Part shown: positions 50,176-58,628 of the stretch, piece by piece
Layout: each line of letters starts with the position of its first letter
Position numbering within the stretch: position 1 is the stretch's first letter
Origin: a bacterium
GTDB lineage: Bacteria; Patescibacteriota; Microgenomatia; UBA8517
Assembly (NCBI GenBank): GCA_030583725.1
Contig: CP129472.1
Coordinates: 75 to 64,074, forward strand
Direction: 5' to 3'
DNA: 64,000 nt
The notes under the pieces: model-generated
Seen by the model: only the letters and a program-made list of their open reading frames with translations
What the model was told of the DNA's origin: nothing
Databases searched by the model: none
Made by a program: the position numbers and the translations under genes

Positions 50176-51891
50176 TTATTGTGAAGGGTCTTTGAAATTT
50201 ATTCCCTCGATTTCTAAAAAGTTCCGTGATTGACGGGCATATGATCTTAAATTTGATTTACCAGCGACCATCATTCCCATAGAATCAAATATTCTGTATA
50301 CAACTTGAGCTTCGTAGAAGTCAGTTATCATTTTTCTATCAGAATCATTTAATGTGTGGCTATCATTATTGTATCCCCAACGTTCTGCTGCTGTTGATAT
50401 AGAGTAGATGACTATCTGTCCATTTGGTTTGGTCCATAATAAATAACCAAAGGTACTATCGACAATTGTATTTTTAGATTTTTGATCATTAATTAAATCA
50501 TTTTTAATTTCATCTGGTAGTGAATTATATTCATCCGCAGTCATTATCGTTCTAATTTCTATTGGTAGATTAAAATTTGCAGGGTGCTCCAGTGATTTCA
50601 TCTTGGAAGTCGCATACGGATCAGATCTAACGCCATAGGCAACTTTAAAGTTAAATATTCCATCATTTTTAACCATTACATGCTCAAATGCTTGTTCTGG
50701 GGTGGCAAAACCCAATTGATGTGCCAGTGAGTTCCACATATTGGCGTCATTTTTGCCTTCTGGCATTCCTACAATTCCTTTTGAGGTTCGGTCAGTAACT
50801 GAAAAAATACCAGTAGAACTCCATTTTGGATCAATGTAAGTATAGAAACTATGGTCATTACCTTCACCGTCTTTGACAATATGTTCCCCCACTCTTGTCA
50901 TCCTCATTTGTCCATCAATTTCCATTTCCATAGCAATAACTTGTTTAGTTTCATCACTCTTAATGCCATATATAACTTTAGTATCAACCCCATTTACTTG
51001 TTTTACACCATATTCAAACGTTTCAAATTGATTTTTATATTTATCTGTCATTTCAGCTGGAAATACAACGCCCCCAACAGGCACCTCAACTTTAACAAGT
51101 GAGGCCATTTTTACATTGAATATCTCTTGTGGTGACACAAGTAAACCTCCTGGTATGAAAAGTATATCTCGTGCCTCAATTTCTTCATTGGTCATCTGTG
51201 AAAGTTCAACTTCTGTCAACTCCGTGTTAAAAATCATAATAGATTTATCCAAATCCGCACCCGTAGCTGGATCCTGAGTTATACCAAGTCCTACTCTTCC
51301 TTCGGCATCAATAATCCTGTTTAAAACAATATAGATAACTTCACCCTGGTCTCCGCCAAAGATCATTGCTGTTCTACTTTTTTCTTCAACTTCAGAAGTG
51401 GCATTAAAGAATACATAAGTTGTTTCTTTTCCAGTAATGTCAACTGTTTTAACTCCAGATGCGGAGTATTCAATTGTGCTTGGATCTTCAAAAAGGTCTT
51501 TTATTCGTTGGTCCTCACCAAAGGCTCTAAACGGACCAGGTAGTTTGGAAATTATTTCGGATTCTTCAACAAACTCATAGGACATTGTAGCGTTGACTTC
51601 ACTAGTGGAAGTTGGAATTACAAACGGTTTTTCTGTTGGGGCAATTTCAGTCGTATTTTGATTATTTGATGATGTTACTTCAGGATTTATACCGTTTTTT
51701 ATACATGCCAATGATGTCCCAGCTATTGCTGCAGTGAGACTACCCCTGATAAACAATTTTGTTGTGTCTGTTAATCTATCGCTCATATTTAATTTATCAA
51801 CTTGTTTTTCTATTATTCCCTCAACACCAATATTCCATAAATCTGATTGACTAATTCTTCTCCCTAACCGTATTATTCTATCCTTATTCAT
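50176..51891 (-). CDS. Large hypothetical protein (571 aa), probably exported
   Basis: Weak signal-like segment (SLTAAIAGTSLACIKNG, lipobox-like). No domain recognised. Confidence 0.5.
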   Translation of the reverse strand: MNKDRIIRLGRRISQSDLWNIGVEGIIEKQVDKLNMSDRLTDTTKLFIRGSLTAAIAGTSLACIKNGINPEVTSSNNQNTTEIAPTEKPFVIPTSTSEVNATMSYEFVEESEIISKLPGPFRAFGEDQRIKDLFEDPSTIEYSASGVKTVDITGKETTYVFFNATSEVEEKSRTAMIFGGDQGEVIYIVLNRIIDAEGRVGLGITQDPATGADLDKSIMIFNTELTEVELSQMTNEEIEARDILFIPGGLLVSPQEIFNVKMASLVKVEVPVGGVVFPAEMTDKYKNQFETFEYGVKQVNGVDTKVIYGIKSDETKQVIAMEMEIDGQMRMTRVGEHIVKDGEGNDHSFYTYIDPKWSSTGIFSVTDRTSKGIVGMPEGKNDANMWNSLAHQLGFATPEQAFEHVMVKNDGIFNFKVAYGVRSDPYATSKMKSLEHPANFNLPIEIRTIMTADEYNSLPDEIKNDLINDQKSKNTIVDSTFGYLLWTKPNGQIVIYSISTAAERWGYNNDSHTLNDSDRKMITDFYEAQVVYRIFDSMGMMVAGKSNLRSYARQSRNFLEIEGINFKDPSQ

Positions 51892-52075
51892 TTATAGATC
51901 TTAACCTAAAACCTACAAATTTTCAAGGCTAGACAATATACTACAGGATATAATTTTGTTTGTCAAGTTGGTTGGGAGGGGTAAAGAAAAAGGGTTAGAA
52001 ACAAATTGTGAATATTTTTTACTAATTCTCACATTTTAATTGTACCATATTTTAAATTTATGATATATTTAGAAT

Positions 52076-52897
52076 ATGACAAGAAAGAACCAAAAAGGTC
52101 AGGCTGTTTTAGTTGTTCTTTTGTCATTGTCTGTAGTTTTGATTATAGTTTTGTTCATCCTCTCTCGTTCAATTACTGATATTTCCCTTTCAACTAAAGA
52201 AGAAGACTCACTTCGTGCTTTTTCTGCAGCTGAAGCTGGTGTTGAGAGGGCTTTGGTTATTGGTAATAGTAGTGGAAGTCTAGATGATGCTGAGTTTAGT
52301 GCTTTGGTTACTCAATTTGCCAGTGGGGCTGATCAAGTTACCTACCCACTTGCCTTAAAGTCTGGTGAAAATGCCGTTTTCTGGTTTAAAAGAGCTGGAG
52401 AGGTAACTCAGTTTAATGGAAGTAATATTAGATTCTGCTGGGGAAATGCTGGTACTAACCCTGCAGACAGTGATACTCCTGCCTTGGAAGTTACTTTTTA
52501 CTACACTACCCTACCTGATGATATGACAACCCTACAAATTGAAAGGGCTGTCTATGACCCCAATGTTTCAAGGGTTACTGCAAACCGTTTTGATAATGCA
52601 CAAATTTCAAGTTGTACAATAGGACAAGATAGTTTTGCTTTTCAAGCAACTATTGACACTCCTACTGGTACCTTAGAATATGCAACTGCAAAACTTTTGT
52701 ACAACACCACAAATGCACATAAAGTGGGTATAAATGTGGCTTCAACTGGCTCAATTCTTCCTTCTCAGGGTGAAAAAGTTGAGTCTGCAGGTTCATATGG
52801 GGATGCAAACAGAAGTATAGAAGTATATCAATTGCATCCTGAAACCCCACCCATTTTTGCTAATGCAATCTTTAGCGCAAATGGTATAGTTAAGTAA
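52076..52897 (+). CDS. PilX-like type IV pilus assembly protein
   Basis: N-terminal QKGQAVLVVLLSLSVVLIIVLFILS followed by AFSAAEAGVERAL matches the PilX N-terminal pattern. Directly upstream of pilMNO. Confidence 0.55.
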   Translation: MTRKNQKGQAVLVVLLSLSVVLIIVLFILSRSITDISLSTKEEDSLRAFSAAEAGVERALVIGNSSGSLDDAEFSALVTQFASGADQVTYPLALKSGENAVFWFKRAGEVTQFNGSNIRFCWGNAGTNPADSDTPALEVTFYYTTLPDDMTTLQIERAVYDPNVSRVTANRFDNAQISSCTIGQDSFAFQATIDTPTGTLEYATAKLLYNTTNAHKVGINVASTGSILPSQGEKVESAGSYGDANRSIEVYQLHPETPPIFANAIFSANGIVK

Positions 52898-52913
52898 TTA
52901 GGAAAAACTGCCC

Positions 52914-53921
52914 ATGGTCGGAATAGATATAGGAACAAAAAGTATTAAAATTATTGAACTTGCCCAAAGTGGCAATTCTTGGGTGTTAAAAGCTTCAGGG
53001 GCAGTTGGTTATGCTGGTGTTTCTCCTGATAAGGCACAAACAGATGAAGAATTAAATGCAGTTTCAGAAGTTTTAAAAAAAATTATTAACCAGATAGGTG
53101 TTAACACAAAGGACGTTAACTTGTCTTTGCCTGAATCCTTAGTTTTTACCCGTGTCATTAAGTTTCCATTACTTTCAGATGAAGAAGTATCAGCTGCAGT
53201 TAAGTGGGAAGCTGAACAATATATACCTATACCCACCGCAGAAGCTGTCATCCAATATACAGTTTTAAGTAGAAATGAAACCACTTCCCAAACATCAGTC
53301 CTTCTAGTTGCAGCCCCAAAGGCAATTGTTGAAAAATATGTCAAAGTGGCAAGACTTGCAGGCTTAACACCTGTTGCTGCAGAAACTGAACTAACTGCCA
53401 TGGCAAGGTCACTCTCACCTGATAAAGGTGTATCTCTTCTTTTAGACTTAGGTTCATCTGCGACTGATATGTCAATTGTCAAAGATACAAAAGTAGTTTT
53501 TACAAGATCCATACCTGTTGCTGGTGAAGCTTTTACAAGAGCGGTCTCACAAGGTTTGGGTATTAATGCCCAACAGGCTGAGGAGTACAAAAAAACATAT
53601 GGACTATCAACAGATCAATTAGAAGGAAAGGTAAGGCAAGCACTTGAACCTATTTTTAAAATGGTAATTGATGAAATCAAAAAAGCAATTCATTTCTATC
53701 AGTCTGAGGAAAAAGGAGATACTCCAACTTCAGTAATTATCACAGGGGGTGCTTCAACAATGCCTGATATTGTTACCTATTTAACAGAAAGCTTAGGAAT
53801 TGAAACAGTTGTAGGTAGTCCGTTTGCAAAAATAAATCTTGACTCTGAAACCTTGAAAGGTTTAGCTCCATATGCTTCAATCTATGCTGCAGCTGTGGGG
53901 CTAGCTATGCGCAATGAATAA
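52914..53921 (+). CDS. pilM: Type IV pilus assembly protein PilM (actin-like ATPase fold)
   Basis: MVGIDIGTKSIKIIELAQ, LLLDLGSSATDMSIV, IITGGAST. Confidence 0.85.
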   Translation: MVGIDIGTKSIKIIELAQSGNSWVLKASGAVGYAGVSPDKAQTDEELNAVSEVLKKIINQIGVNTKDVNLSLPESLVFTRVIKFPLLSDEEVSAAVKWEAEQYIPIPTAEAVIQYTVLSRNETTSQTSVLLVAAPKAIVEKYVKVARLAGLTPVAAETELTAMARSLSPDKGVSLLLDLGSSATDMSIVKDTKVVFTRSIPVAGEAFTRAVSQGLGINAQQAEEYKKTYGLSTDQLEGKVRQALEPIFKMVIDEIKKAIHFYQSEEKGDTPTSVIITGGASTMPDIVTYLTESLGIETVVGSPFAKINLDSETLKGLAPYASIYAAAVGLAMRNE

Positions 53922-54489
53922 TACTATGGAAAATCAAAGCTTGCCAGTTCGTGGTAAAAATATAAACTTAATTCCAACAGAAATGGCAGTACCTGCACGT
54001 GCTGTCAAAGTGGCTAAAGTAATATCTAAATTTTCAGTAGTTGGTTCGATTGTACTTTTGCTAGTAATCCTCTCTTTAGGTTCATATTATATTTATTTGC
54101 GCTTAGAAAATGAGAAAGTTACTTCAAGCGTTAACACTTTAAAGCAAACCATTTCAGACTTGAGCCAAAACGAACAAAAATTAATTTTGGCAAAAGATAG
54201 ATTATCAAAAATAACTGTGGTCAGAAAAGCAGAATCTGCAAATTCTGAGGTTAAAAGATATCAAAATTTTTTAAGTCAAGTTGTTGGCACTGTGGGTACT
54301 CAAATTACAGAGGCAACCCTTACCACCAAAGGAACTGAGATTACTATAACAGCAGATAGTTCTCAAAATTTGTCAGGGATACTTAAAACAATATCAAATG
54401 TGCTGGAGTACGAAAGAATAGTTGTATCATCCTTAGCTTATAATCCTGGGTCAGGTTTTGTAGCGAACATCCTATTCGAAAATAAGTAA
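53914..54489 (+). CDS. pilN: PilN-like type IV pilus assembly protein
   Basis: Short cytoplasmic N-terminus, single TM (VVGSIVLLLVILSLGSYYIYL), periplasmic coiled coil. Overlaps pilM by 8 nt. Confidence 0.6.
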   Translation: MNNTMENQSLPVRGKNINLIPTEMAVPARAVKVAKVISKFSVVGSIVLLLVILSLGSYYIYLRLENEKVTSSVNTLKQTISDLSQNEQKLILAKDRLSKITVVRKAESANSEVKRYQNFLSQVVGTVGTQITEATLTTKGTEITITADSSQNLSGILKTISNVLEYERIVVSSLAYNPGSGFVANILFENK

Positions 54490-54494
54490 ACAAT

Positions 54495-55172
54495 ATGAAC
54501 ACAAATACTAAAAACGAAATCAACTTTCTTTTAAAGCCTGTAATTATTTTTTCTTCAGTTTTAATTCTAATTATTTTTTCTTTTGTTATTGGTTTAAGAA
54601 ATATATCCAATTTGCAAAGCAATATAACAGCAAACAAGACAACAGAAAACACATTGTCTAAAAAAGTATTGGCTTTAGAAACTGTTAGTAGGACCCTACC
54701 AGGAGATGTTACTTTTTTGGATGTGGTTTTACCAAGTAAAGGTTCAGTTTTATATGCTCTAAGTCAGATCAGAACACAATCTTTAAATAATAATTTAAAC
54801 GTTTCAAACCTAAAAACAGGAAATGTAATACCTGAAAGTTCTGGAGTCATGAAGTCTTCAGTTAGCTTCGAGGTAGAAGGTCAAGAGTCTGACGTTTTTA
54901 CTTTTTTAAGTTCTTTGGGTACAGTACTCCCTTTAATTAATATTGATAAAGTTAGTTTTAATAGCTCTCTTGGATTATCAAGGGCTAATATATCAGTTAA
55001 TGTCTATTCAGCAGAACTTCCTAAAACAATACCATCTTTAACAGGTGTTGTTAGTGAGTTAACAAGTCAAGACATCACTCTTTTAAATGAGTTGGCAGGG
55101 TATACTTTGCCACAATTTATAGAACCAACAATTGAAGAAGCTCCATCACAGAAAACTGATCCATTTAACTAA
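54495..55172 (+). CDS. pilO: PilO-like type IV pilus assembly protein
   Basis: Single TM (VIIFSSVLILIIFSFVIG) then periplasmic domain. Position after pilM/pilN. Confidence 0.55.
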   Translation: MNTNTKNEINFLLKPVIIFSSVLILIIFSFVIGLRNISNLQSNITANKTTENTLSKKVLALETVSRTLPGDVTFLDVVLPSKGSVLYALSQIRTQSLNNNLNVSNLKTGNVIPESSGVMKSSVSFEVEGQESDVFTFLSSLGTVLPLINIDKVSFNSSLGLSRANISVNVYSAELPKTIPSLTGVVSELTSQDITLLNELAGYTLPQFIEPTIEEAPSQKTDPFN

Positions 55173-55187
55173 AAAAACACCTATATT

Positions 55188-55424
55188 TTAATTAGTTGGA
55201 TTAACTAGAAGAATAATCTTTTTCTTTTCTAAAGTTGCTTTAATGCGAAGTAGATTCCTAATCGCTTTAATAATTTTTCCTTGTTTTCCAATGACCATTC
55301 CCCCATCTTCGTCACTTGTCTTAACTGTTAAAGTAACTACAGATCCATTGTCATCTTCTATAATTTCATATTTAGAATCTTTACTTAATATATTTTTAAT
55401 GATGAAGTCTAGTAAATCTTTCAT
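55188..55424 (-). CDS. KH-domain RNA-binding protein (YlqC/UPF0109 family)
   Basis: MVIGKQGKIIKAIRNLL (GxxG KH loop). 78 aa, next to rpsP as is typical. Confidence 0.75.
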   Translation of the reverse strand: MKDLLDFIIKNILSKDSKYEIIEDDNGSVVTLTVKTSDEDGGMVIGKQGKIIKAIRNLLRIKATLEKKKIILLVNPTN

Positions 55425-55427
55425 AAA

Positions 55428-55658
55428 TTACTTTTTAAGTTCTAATACCTTTTTGACACCACTAGTCACGATTGCACCTTTTTTAACCCAATCATCAAAT
55501 TTTTTCTTGTCAATTTTTGAAGTTTTTTCCTTTGGATCATAGCTACCAATAATATCCAAGTTTTTCCCATCAACCTTGCTTCTTGTTGGAGCAATAATTA
55601 CTCTATAAAAAGCACTTTTCTTTGCACCCACACGTGATAATTTAATTGAAACTGACAT
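55428..55658 (-). CDS. rpsP: 30S ribosomal protein S16
   Basis: MSVSIKLSRVGAKKSAFYRVIIAPTRSKVDGKNLDIIGSYDP. Confidence 0.9.
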   Translation of the reverse strand: MSVSIKLSRVGAKKSAFYRVIIAPTRSKVDGKNLDIIGSYDPKEKTSKIDKKKFDDWVKKGAIVTSGVKKVLELKK

Positions 55659-55664
55659 ATATAG

Positions 55665-56321
55665 TTACGATGATACCATATTTTGAAGCGCGTTTGAAGC
55701 AGCATCTTGTTCTGCCTCTGATTTACTTCTTCCCACACCTAGTGCATTTATTTTGCCATTAATGATAACTTCAATTGTAAATTGCTTGTTATGATCAGGT
55801 CCTTCCTCTGATTTGACTTGGTACTTTGGAGCTGGCATATTACTTGCCTGAACCTTTTCCTGTAGTAGACTTTTAGGGTCTTTAAGTGGCATTTTTGCTT
55901 TCTGGTCCACATCTATAAGTATGTTTTGGTCTATAAACTCTTTTGCTTTAGTAATACCTTGATCTAAGTAAAGAGCACCTATTACTGCTTCAACAGTGTC
56001 GGCAAGTAGTGAGGAGTTGTTTCTACCCCCACCGTCTTCTTCACCTTTTGATAGGAATATTTCTTGACCCAGATTTAACTTTTCTGCCACTTGGCTCAGG
56101 TTTTTAGTGTTAACCAGGTTTGAACGAAGGGCTGTTAAGTACCCCTCTTCTTCATTTGGAAATCGATTATAAATTTCTTCTGAAACTACAAATTCTAAAA
56201 TTGCATCTCCTAAAAACTCAAGTCTTTCATTAGTTCCCCTAGCCTTATCATTTTCATTAACCCAACTTCTGTGGGTTAAGCTTTGTAAATATAAATTTTT
56301 ATCTTTAAAGTGTTTTTTCAT
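55665..56321 (-). CDS. rnc: Ribonuclease III
   Basis: RNase III signature ERLEFLGDAILEFVVSE and C-terminal dsRBD. Confidence 0.9.
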   Translation of the reverse strand: MKKHFKDKNLYLQSLTHRSWVNENDKARGTNERLEFLGDAILEFVVSEEIYNRFPNEEEGYLTALRSNLVNTKNLSQVAEKLNLGQEIFLSKGEEDGGGRNNSSLLADTVEAVIGALYLDQGITKAKEFIDQNILIDVDQKAKMPLKDPKSLLQEKVQASNMPAPKYQVKSEEGPDHNKQFTIEVIINGKINALGVGRSKSEAEQDAASNALQNMVSS

Positions 56322-56658
56322 ATACCGTTCCTAATACTCCATTTACAAAAGAACCTGATGATTCAGAACCGAATTCTTTTGCTAATTCTACAGCTTCATC
56401 AATAATTACTTTGGGTGGAGTATCTTCATTTTTTAATTCATAAATAGCAAGATGTAGTATAGCTAAATCTATTTTGTTTATCTTTTCAATTGGCCATGTC
56501 GGAGCTGAATCAACAATTATCTTGTTTAACTTTTTTTCCTGCTTTTTAATTTTTACAACTAATTCAGGTAACCTTTCTTGTTTAGTAAAACTTTCAGCAA
56601 AAAGAAACCTAACAGCTTCCCTACGTCTTAAGTGTCTTGGGTCAGTTGCAGTCTTCAT
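56305..56658 (-). CDS. nusB: Transcription antitermination factor NusB
   Basis: RRREAVRFLFAESF...IDEAVELAKEFGSESSGSFVNGVLG. Confidence 0.8.
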   Translation of the reverse strand: MKTATDPRHLRRREAVRFLFAESFTKQERLPELVVKIKKQEKKLNKIIVDSAPTWPIEKINKIDLAILHLAIYELKNEDTPPKVIIDEAVELAKEFGSESSGSFVNGVLGTVYEKTL

Positions 56659-56668
56659 GAGTCAATTA

Positions 56669-56824
56669 TTATTTGTATGTTCCACAATGAGGACAGGCCT
56701 TGTGAGGTTCACGAAGTTTGCCACATGATTTACATTTAGATACAGCAGAGAGGGAAGCCTTAAAAGTACTTCTCCTTCTAGTTGTTCGTCCGTGACTATG
56801 TTTCTTCTTTGGTAATGGTGCCAT
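56669..56824 (-). CDS. rpmF: 50S ribosomal protein L32
   Basis: Reverse complement encodes MAPLPKKKHSHGRTTRRRSTFKASLSAVSKCKSCGKLREPHKACPHCGTYK* (51 aa, CxxC...CxxC). Below the ORF-track threshold; a 77-aa shadow ORF in another frame is listed there. Confidence 0.8.
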   Translation of the reverse strand: MAPLPKKKHSHGRTTRRRSTFKASLSAVSKCKSCGKLREPHKACPHCGTYK

Positions 56825-56833
56825 ACATCATGA

Positions 56834-56947
56834 TTATACATTGTTGATAGCTTCTGATGCAAGCTTGATAATTTCAGTTTGTGACCAGTCTGCAATTTTT
56901 AAGTTTCCAAAACCACTTTGCTTTGTTCCCAGTACATCTCCAGCCCT
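56834..56947 (-). pseudogene. Duplicated 3'-terminal fragment of recG (about 100 nt, about 94% identical to 59346-59445); direct repeat
   Basis: Nucleotide alignment GATAATTTCAGTTTGTGACCAGTCTGCAATTTTTAAGTTTCCAAAACCACTTTG... in both places. Encodes ...AGDVLGTKQSGFGNLKIADWSQTEIIKLASEAINNV*, versus the recG C-terminus ...GAGDVLGTKQSGFGNLKIADWSQTEIIKQASEAVNLTH*. Confidence 0.8.
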
Positions 56948-57007
56948 ATAAAGTTTTTGCAACAATTCTCTATTGAATATAGCAATCAAAAGCTTGACAA
57001 TAAGATG

Positions 57008-57013
57008 TATAAT
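57008..57013 (+). promoter_or_regulatory. TATAAT -10 box 8 nt upstream of the rSAM start codon with no SD (possible leaderless transcript)
   Basis: TATAAT at 57008-57013, ATG at 57022, no AGGAGG-like sequence between. TTGACA at 56991-56996 is too close (8-nt spacer) to be a canonical -35. Confidence 0.25.
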
Positions 57014-57021
57014 TACAAGAA

Positions 57022-58392
57022 ATGTCTTCCGAATATAAACCAGAGATAAAAGAGCTTCTGTCTTATGGAAAATATTTTCTAAAATCTGGAGTATTTTTGG
57101 TTGAGGGTCATTCAAGATGTGCGTTATACGATATAAATTCAGGAAATGTTTATTCGTTAGATAAAAATGCACAAAATGTTTTAACTGGTCAATCTGAAAA
57201 TGCTAACTTCTGGGAAAAATTAGTAGGAATGGGATTGTGTGCAGATAACAATTCTAATGAGAAACCAGTATTAAACGAATTAGAAAGCAAATCTACTCTA
57301 CAATTTGCTTGGTTTGAAATAGTTTCAAAGGATTGTAACGAAAGATGTTTACATTGTTACGGTGACTTTATGCCTCCAATTTTTCAAGAAAAAACAACTC
57401 AAAACGATGAAGTTGGGTTGACTTTCAATCAATGGAAAAATCAAATTAAAAATGTTTACGATTTGGGTTGTGAAACATGTCAATTTATAGGTGGTGAACC
57501 CTTTTTGTATAGAGGTGAAGGTGGAGAAACTGTTTTAGAATTAGCAGAATATGCAAAACAATTAGGTTTCAAATTTATTGAAATTTTTACAAACGGAACA
57601 TTACTTACTCAAGAAAAAATTGATCGTATAAAAGATTTAGGAATTAATATTGCTGTTTCTTTATATTCTACTGCTCCTGAAATTCACGACAAAATTACAA
57701 GAACACGAGGAAGTCATAAAAAGACTATGGAAGCCTTAGAAAGGCTCAAAGAAACAGGAGTACCTGTTAGGGTTGAAACTATACTAATGAAACAGAATGA
57801 AGAAAGTGCTGAAGAAACGCAAAAGTTAGTAGACCAAATGGGATTTTCTCACAAAAGGCTTGATGTTTTAAGACAAAATGGTAGAGGAGATAATCTTAAT
57901 TTATTGCCAAGTAATAGATCATTATTAAAAAATGGAATTATGACTGCACCAAATTTTTATATAAATAAGGAGATGTTGTCAAAAAACTTACACAACAATA
58001 GTTGTTTATCTGGAAAAATTGCAATCACAGATAATGGAGATGTTTTACCTTGTGTTTTCTCAAGAGATCAAGTAGTTGGTAATGTTCTTGAAAAATCACT
58101 CTTGCAAATTATAGATGAAGTTAAATTAAAAAGTGTTTGGGATAATACAAAAGATAGTGTTCAAGTTTGTAAAGATTGTGAATTTAGATATTGTTGTACA
58201 GATTGCAGACCCTCATCATTAGGGGCAAATCAAAATACTGGAGAATATCTAACTGCTCCTTATCCAAAATGTGCTTACAATCCATATGATGGAAAATGGG
58301 GAAAGGGATATTGGAAATTAGATTTTGAAGGAAAACCTATATATATTAATATTTTGAAAGGAGGTGAAGAAATAATTGAAAGCAGAACTTAA
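57022..58392 (+). CDS. Radical SAM / SPASM-type peptide-modifying enzyme with N-terminal RRE (PqqD-like) region
   Basis: CX3CX2C cluster CNERCLHC near aa 105-112. Gly-rich SAM-binding motif FIGGEPFLY. C-terminal auxiliary-cluster cysteines (CLSGK...PCVFSRD...VCKDCEFRYCCTDCRP...KCAY). N-terminal ~95 aa resembles a leader-peptide recognition element. Confidence 0.8.
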   Translation: MSSEYKPEIKELLSYGKYFLKSGVFLVEGHSRCALYDINSGNVYSLDKNAQNVLTGQSENANFWEKLVGMGLCADNNSNEKPVLNELESKSTLQFAWFEIVSKDCNERCLHCYGDFMPPIFQEKTTQNDEVGLTFNQWKNQIKNVYDLGCETCQFIGGEPFLYRGEGGETVLELAEYAKQLGFKFIEIFTNGTLLTQEKIDRIKDLGINIAVSLYSTAPEIHDKITRTRGSHKKTMEALERLKETGVPVRVETILMKQNEESAEETQKLVDQMGFSHKRLDVLRQNGRGDNLNLLPSNRSLLKNGIMTAPNFYINKEMLSKNLHNNSCLSGKIAITDNGDVLPCVFSRDQVVGNVLEKSLLQIIDEVKLKSVWDNTKDSVQVCKDCEFRYCCTDCRPSSLGANQNTGEYLTAPYPKCAYNPYDGKWGKGYWKLDFEGKPIYINILKGGEEIIESRT

Positions 58393-58627
58393 TTTAGAAC
58401 CAGAAATTGTTTTAGTAACAGCACAAGGTGCAACTGATGGGGTAATAGTAGCACCATGTACACCAAGTGCTTGTACACCAAATGTTGCATGTAATCCTAA
58501 CACTAATTGTGCACCGTTTAATTGTGCACCAGCGTTAAGACCATGTATGCCAGATTGTGCTCCTGCAACTCCTTGTTATCCAACACAAGGACCATGTGCA
58601 CCAGCATCAAGCTGTTATCCTCGTTAA
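58376..58627 (+). CDS. Cys/Pro-rich precursor-like peptide (83 aa), candidate RiPP substrate
   Basis: TTG start 8 nt after AAGGAGGTGA, overlapping the rSAM gene by 17 nt. 27-aa Cys-free leader then a core with 10 Cys, every one in a C-x-P triplet (CTP, CTP, CNP, CAP, CAP, CMP, CAP, CYP, CAP, CYP). Confidence 0.7.
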   Translation: MKAELNLEPEIVLVTAQGATDGVIVAPCTPSACTPNVACNPNTNCAPFNCAPALRPCMPDCAPATPCYPTQGPCAPASSCYPR

Positions 58628-58628
58628 G

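Noticed and set aside
56834-57172. 112-aa ORF as a real gene
   Set aside because: Its C-terminal 36 aa are the duplicated recG tail, and the rest runs antisense through the rSAM promoter and start. It is a chimeric artefact of the repeat.
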